38,638 bases of DNA, taken from contig HF990819.1 of assembly GCA_000436255.1 (NCBI GenBank), positions 17,943-56,580 of the forward strand. Direction: 5' to 3'. Of this stretch, positions 34,424 to 38,638 are shown one piece after another; position 1 is the first letter of the stretch, and each line of letters begins with the position of its first letter. The position numbers were made by a program, and so were the translations under genes. The DNA is from Clostridium sp. CAG:1193 (lineage in GTDB: Bacteria; Bacillota_I; Bacilli_A; RF39; UBA660). Below the pieces are notes generated by a model. It made no database searches and was not told the origin of the DNA. It saw only the letters and a program-made list of their open reading frames with translations.

Positions 34424-35560
34424 ATGAATAAATTAGATGTAATAAAAAAAAGAATGAGTAACAAAAAATTATCTAAATATGCATGTACTGATAATGAGGC
34501 CATTCTTTTAAAAGATGAGGAAAATGATATAAGACCAAGATTTTTTAGAGATGCAGATAGAATTTTATATTCACTATCTTATACAAGATATATAGATAAA
34601 ACACAAGTTTTCTCATTTAGTGATAATGATAATATAAGTAAGAGAATGACACATGTGCAGTTTGTTAGTAAAATTGCAAGAACTATAGGAAGAGGGTTAC
34701 AATTAAACGAAGATTTAATTGAAGCGTCTTCACTTGGTCATGATTTAGGACATCCACCATTCGGGCATGAAGGAGAAAAAATTTTAAATGAAATAAGCAA
34801 GAAAAATGGATGTGGCGTTTTCGCACATAATATTCAAAGCGTAAGAACACTTATTACACTAGAAAATAATGGAGTAGGTAAAAATATTTCAGTACAAGTA
34901 CTAGATGCTATACTATGTCATAATGGGGAAGTACTAAATAAAGAATACTATCCAAAGAAAAAAACAAAAGAAGAATTCTTAAATGAGTATAGTGAAGTAT
35001 ATAAAGATGATTCATATTCAAAAAAACTAATACCGATGACAAAAGAAGGTTGTGTTGTAAGAATATCAGATATAATCGCATATGTTGGTAAAGATCTAGA
35101 AGATGCAATAAGATTGGGAATATTAAAAAGAGAAGATTTAGATAAATCTATTACAGATGTATTAGGAAATACAAACGATAAAATAGTAGATGCATTAGTT
35201 ACTGATGTTATTAATAATAGTTATAATAAACCATATATAAAACTTTCAAACAAAGTATATAATGCACTTAATAAATTAATAGAATATAACTATAAAAATA
35301 TATATAAAAAAATACATGATAATAATGAACTAAAAACATATGAAGAAATGTATAATTCACTATTTAAATCATGTTTAAAAGCATTAAATAATAATAATTT
35401 AGAAGATGATATTTATAAAATATTTTTAAATAATATGAGTAATGATTATAAAAATAATACTAAAAAAGAAAGAATTGTTATTGATTATATTGCAGGTATG
35501 ACTGATGATTTCTTTATAAATGAATATAATAAAATATCTTCTATTAAAATAAAAAGATAA
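34424..35560 (+). CDS. dGTP triphosphohydrolase-like HD-domain protein
   Basis: RTIGRGLQLNEDLIEASSLGHDLGHPPFGHEGE, ILCHNGE and DYIAGMTDDF. Confidence 0.8.
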   Translation: MNKLDVIKKRMSNKKLSKYACTDNEAILLKDEENDIRPRFFRDADRILYSLSYTRYIDKTQVFSFSDNDNISKRMTHVQFVSKIARTIGRGLQLNEDLIEASSLGHDLGHPPFGHEGEKILNEISKKNGCGVFAHNIQSVRTLITLENNGVGKNISVQVLDAILCHNGEVLNKEYYPKKKTKEEFLNEYSEVYKDDSYSKKLIPMTKEGCVVRISDIIAYVGKDLEDAIRLGILKREDLDKSITDVLGNTNDKIVDALVTDVINNSYNKPYIKLSNKVYNALNKLIEYNYKNIYKKIHDNNELKTYEEMYNSLFKSCLKALNNNNLEDDIYKIFLNNMSNDYKNNTKKERIVIDYIAGMTDDFFINEYNKISSIKIKR

Positions 35561-35561
35561 A

Positions 35562-35590
35562 AATAAAAAACAGTTAAACTGTTTTTATTT
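35562..35590. terminator. Bidirectional terminator between convergent genes
   Basis: aaaaacagt / actgttttt stem flanked by A-runs and T-runs. Confidence 0.65.
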
Positions 35591-35591
35591 T

Positions 35592-35933
35592 TTACCAACA
35601 ACTCCATAAATCTCCAGCATTTGTAAAGCTAATAATCATATTAACAATTATTGGTAATAAAAGTATTATTACACATATAATTATTCTTTTAATACTATTA
35701 TTAAATGCTACTTTTAATGGTTCAGGCTTTTTTGGATCATAATAATCTTGATCAACAGTAGCCTTAAGAAAATCAACTGAACAAAAAATAAGTGTTAATA
35801 TAGGTGCAGCAATCATAATGATTTTTGCAGCAGGTCTAGTTATATCTGCAAAAGCACCACAATCAACTTTATCAGCAAAAACTGGATATGCAGTAAATAG
35901 CATTGTAAATAATAATAATAGTTTTCTTTTCAT
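35592..35933 (-). CDS. Hypothetical small secreted/membrane protein (signal peptide plus two TM segments, C-terminal ...LWSCW)
   Basis: RBS agaggtga. Signal-like N-terminus MKRKLLLLFTMLFTAYPVFA. No family recognised. Confidence 0.5.
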   Translation of the reverse strand: MKRKLLLLFTMLFTAYPVFADKVDCGAFADITRPAAKIIMIAAPILTLIFCSVDFLKATVDQDYYDPKKPEPLKVAFNNSIKRIIICVIILLLPIIVNMIISFTNAGDLWSCW

Positions 35934-36003
35934 ACATTCACCTCTACATAGAAATTATAACATATTTAATAGTGTTAAACAATAAAATAATTTAGTTAAA
36001 CAC

Positions 36004-36032
36004 TTGATATATATGAAAAAATAGTGTATATT
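36004..36032 (+). promoter_or_regulatory. Sigma-A promoter candidate for rpsO, followed by a structured leader of about 80 nt
   Basis: TTGATA, 17-bp spacer, TATATT. The leader contains hairpins actaag/cttagt and attct/agaat. Confidence 0.5.
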
Positions 36033-36115
36033 ACTAAGTGTTACCAATTCTTAGTGATTAGATTCTCCAACTTTCACTCAGAATATGGCGGAAATTAATA
36101 TAAGGAGGAAATAAA

Positions 36116-36385
36116 ATGGCTTTAACTAAAGAAGAAAAAGCTAAAATTGTTAGAGAATTTGGGCAAAGTGAAAATGATACAGGTTCAATGGAAGTTCAAA
36201 TAGCAATTTTAACTAAAGAAATCGAGGATTTAACTCGTCACTTAGAAGTTCATAAGCATGACTATCATTCAAAAAGAGGTTTACTTATGAAAGTTGGACA
36301 AAGACGTAATAAGTTAAATTACTTAATGAAAAACGATGTTACAAAATATCGTGAAATAGTTAGAAAATTAGGATTAAGAAAGTAG
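36116..36385 (+). CDS. rpsO: 30S ribosomal protein S15
   Basis: GDTGS-like [14 protein letters not shown]...[16 protein letters not shown]. RBS aaggagg. Confidence 0.95.
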   Translation: MALTKEEKAKIVREFGQSENDTGSMEVQIAILTKEIEDLTRHLEVHKHDYHSKRGLLMKVGQRRNKLNYLMKNDVTKYREIVRKLGLRK

Positions 36386-36415
36386 GCATTCTTTTTTGAG
36401 TGCCTTTTATTTTTG
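36384..36415 (+). terminator. Intergenic rpsO-pnp hairpin (terminator or processing site)
   Basis: aggcattc / gagtgcct 8-bp stem (one G-U), T6 loop, tail ttttattttt. Confidence 0.7.
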
Positions 36416-36428
36416 AAAGGATGTTGTT

Positions 36429-38606
36429 ATGGATAAGAAAATATTTGAATTAGATTTTAGAGGAAGAAAGATTGTAGTAGAAAATGGAGAATTAGCTAAG
36501 CAAGCAGCAGGTGCAGTTCTTGTTAGATATGGTGATACAGTAACATTAGCAGCAACAACTGTATCAAAAGAATGTGATATATTATCTGATTTCTTTCCAC
36601 TTACAGTTGTATATATGGAAAAACAATATGCTGTAGGTAAAATACCAGGTGGATTTATAAAAAGGGAAGGAAGACCAACAGAAGCGGCTACATTATGTGC
36701 AAGAATGATTGATAGACCTATGAGACCATTATTCCCTGAAAATTTTAGGAATAAAGTTGATGTGGTAAATGAAATATTATCAGTAGATCAAGATAATACA
36801 CCAGAAATGACAGCTTTATTTGCTTCATCACTAGCTGTATCAATAAGTGAGATACCATTTAATGGTCCAGTTGCTGGTGTAAAAGTTGGTAGAGTTAATG
36901 GCGAGTTTATAATTAATCCAACTGCAGAAGAAATGGAAGAAAGTGATATTGATTTAACAGTTGCAGGAACAATGGATGCTGTTAACATGGTTGAATCAGG
37001 AAGCAAAGAAGTTAGTGAAGATGATATGCTTGATGCAATAATGTTTGGACATGATGCAATAAAAGAATTACTAGAATTTGCTAATAAAATAATTAAAGAA
37101 ATTGGTAAAGAAAAAATGGTATATGAAGTTCTTGATATAGAAACTAAGTTAAGAGAAGAAGTAGAATTACTTGCTAAAACTGAAATGATTGAAGCAATAA
37201 AAATAAAAGATAAACTAGAAAGAAATGAAGCAGTAGAAAGAGTAAAAGAAGAAGTAATAAAACATTATACTGATAAAAATATTGGTATAGATGATATATT
37301 ACTTGAAACATTACTTACAAAAGTTAAATTAGTTTTAGCAGATATAGAAAAAAGTGAATTTAGAAGATTAGTTGCAGATGAAAAAATTAGACCAGACGGA
37401 AGAAAAGTTGATGAAATAAGACCATTATCTGCAAGTATAGATTTACTTCCAAGAACACATGGTTCAGCATTATTTACAAGAGGACAAACACAAGCTTTAA
37501 GTATTACTACACTAGGAAGCTTAACAGATAACCAAATATTAGATGGCCTTGGAGTAGAAGATTCAAAAAGATTTATGCTACATTATAACTTCCCACAATT
37601 TAGTGTAGGTGAAACAGGAAGATATGGAAGTCCAGGAAGAAGAGAAATTGGACATGGTGCATTAGGCGAAAGAGCACTTCTTCAAGTAATCCCAAGTGAA
37701 GAAGAATTCCCATATACTATAAGAGTAGTATCTGAAATATTAGAATCAAATGGCTCATCAAGTCAAGCATCTATATGTGCTGGATGTTTATCACTAATGG
37801 CTGCAGGTGTACCAATAAAATCCCCAGTTGCAGGTATAGCTATGGGACTTTTAACAAAAGGTGAAAACTATACAATATTAACTGATATTCAAGGCATGGA
37901 AGATCATTTGGGAGATATGGATTTTAAAGTAGCAGGTACAAGAAAAGGTATATGTGCACTTCAAATGGATATAAAAATTAAAGGTATAACAAAGAAAATT
38001 ATGTCAGAAGCACTTGCACAAGCAAAAAAAGCAAGAATGCAAATAATTGATTTAATGGAAACAGTTATAAAAGAACCAAGAAAAGAATTAAGTCCATATG
38101 CACCAAAAATTGAACAATTTACAATTAATCCAGAAAAGATTAAAGATGTAATTGGTAAAGGTGGAGAAATGATTACAAAAATCATTTTAGAAGCTAGTGA
38201 TGTAAAAAGTGTTAATGATATAAATGCGGTTAAAGTTGAACTACTTGATGATGGAAGAGTAATAATTTATCATAAAGATAAAAATATTATAAATAAAACA
38301 AAAGAAATGATAGAAAATGTTGTAAAAGAAGTAGAAGAAGGAAAAATCTATGTTGGTAAAGTAGTAAAAGTAGAAGACTTTGGATGCTTTGTTGAATTAT
38401 GGCCAGGTTGTGAAGGTTTAGTACATATTTCTCACCTAGATACAAAACGTGTTGAAAAAACAAGTGATATAGTAAAAGTAGGAGATGAAATAGTAGTAAA
38501 AGCTATTGGATATGATAAAAGAGGTAAACTTAATTTATCAAGAAAAGAAGTATTAAGCAGTAAAGAAGATAAAAAAGATAAAAAATCAAAAACAAAAGAA
38601 GATTAA
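36429..38606 (+). CDS. pnp: Polyribonucleotide nucleotidyltransferase (PNPase)
   Basis: Two RNase PH domains ([29 protein letters not shown]), then KH (IGKGGEMI) and S1 ([15 protein letters not shown]). Confidence 0.95.
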   Translation: MDKKIFELDFRGRKIVVENGELAKQAAGAVLVRYGDTVTLAATTVSKECDILSDFFPLTVVYMEKQYAVGKIPGGFIKREGRPTEAATLCARMIDRPMRPLFPENFRNKVDVVNEILSVDQDNTPEMTALFASSLAVSISEIPFNGPVAGVKVGRVNGEFIINPTAEEMEESDIDLTVAGTMDAVNMVESGSKEVSEDDMLDAIMFGHDAIKELLEFANKIIKEIGKEKMVYEVLDIETKLREEVELLAKTEMIEAIKIKDKLERNEAVERVKEEVIKHYTDKNIGIDDILLETLLTKVKLVLADIEKSEFRRLVADEKIRPDGRKVDEIRPLSASIDLLPRTHGSALFTRGQTQALSITTLGSLTDNQILDGLGVEDSKRFMLHYNFPQFSVGETGRYGSPGRREIGHGALGERALLQVIPSEEEFPYTIRVVSEILESNGSSSQASICAGCLSLMAAGVPIKSPVAGIAMGLLTKGENYTILTDIQGMEDHLGDMDFKVAGTRKGICALQMDIKIKGITKKIMSEALAQAKKARMQIIDLMETVIKEPRKELSPYAPKIEQFTINPEKIKDVIGKGGEMITKIILEASDVKSVNDINAVKVELLDDGRVIIYHKDKNIINKTKEMIENVVKEVEEGKIYVGKVVKVEDFGCFVELWPGCEGLVHISHLDTKRVEKTSDIVKVGDEIVVKAIGYDKRGKLNLSRKEVLSSKEDKKDKKSKTKED

Positions 38607-38607
38607 T

Positions 38608-38638
38608 AAAAGACTTTTAGAAATTTCTAAAAGTCTTT
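38608..38638 (+). terminator. Terminator hairpin after pnp (window ends inside or just after it)
   Basis: Perfect inverted repeat aaaagacttttagaaa / tttctaaaagtcttt. Confidence 0.65.

Noticed and set aside
36-38185. Antisense or out-of-frame ORFs from the track that lie wholly inside well-supported genes: 36-383(-), 5808-6095(-), 7319-7516(-), 11935-12147(-), 13657-14019(+), 14233-14427(-), 16947-17270(-), 17804-17995(-), 17852-18052(+), 23187-23393(-), 24343-24639(-), 29651-30046(-), 30349-30618(-), 32423-32719(-), 33375-33596(-), 34154-34354(-), 34908-35108(-), 36788-37006(-), 37961-38185(-)
   Set aside because: These are shadow ORFs, typical of AT-rich DNA. Their translations are low-complexity and rich in Leu/Phe/Ile/Ser. 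They have no RBS, and each overlaps a gene with strong family motifs on the other strand or frame.

Overview
AT-rich chromosomal segment from an endospore-forming, low-GC Bacillota member. Spore formation is inferred from an alpha/beta-type SASP and from YlbJ, SpoVID-like, YsxE-like and YunB homologues. Most of the window is housekeeping: topA, a T-box-controlled HD-domain gene plus valS, xseA-xseB-alaS-ruvX, thiI, a dGTPase-like HD protein, and rpsO-pnp. Two accessory patches stand out.

(1) About 4.2-13.0 kb. A C39-peptidase ABC exporter is followed by three small double-glycine-leader peptide genes that are too short for the ORF track. Next come a DUF1292-like gene and a membrane-anchored protein with a GH73-like motif. 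Then a PilB/GspE-family ATPase is transcribed divergently from a 1081-aa protein. That protein starts with a canonical prepilin signal (G|FFLSE). It carries an Ig-like module, two tandem ALK/LTK-type glycine-rich domains, a discoidin-like module and a C-terminal beta-sandwich-like module.

(2) About 16.9-19.4 kb. A second pilin-like protein shares the Ig-like module. It is followed by a dinD-like gene and a decayed copy of the pilin-like gene's 3' end.

The left edge carries the 3' end of a gene made of tandem 207-bp dockerin repeats. My best candidate for a previously undescribed system is the PilB-like ATPase together with the pilin-anchored glycine-rich-domain adhesin. All family assignments come from motif recognition by eye and need HMM or structure searches.
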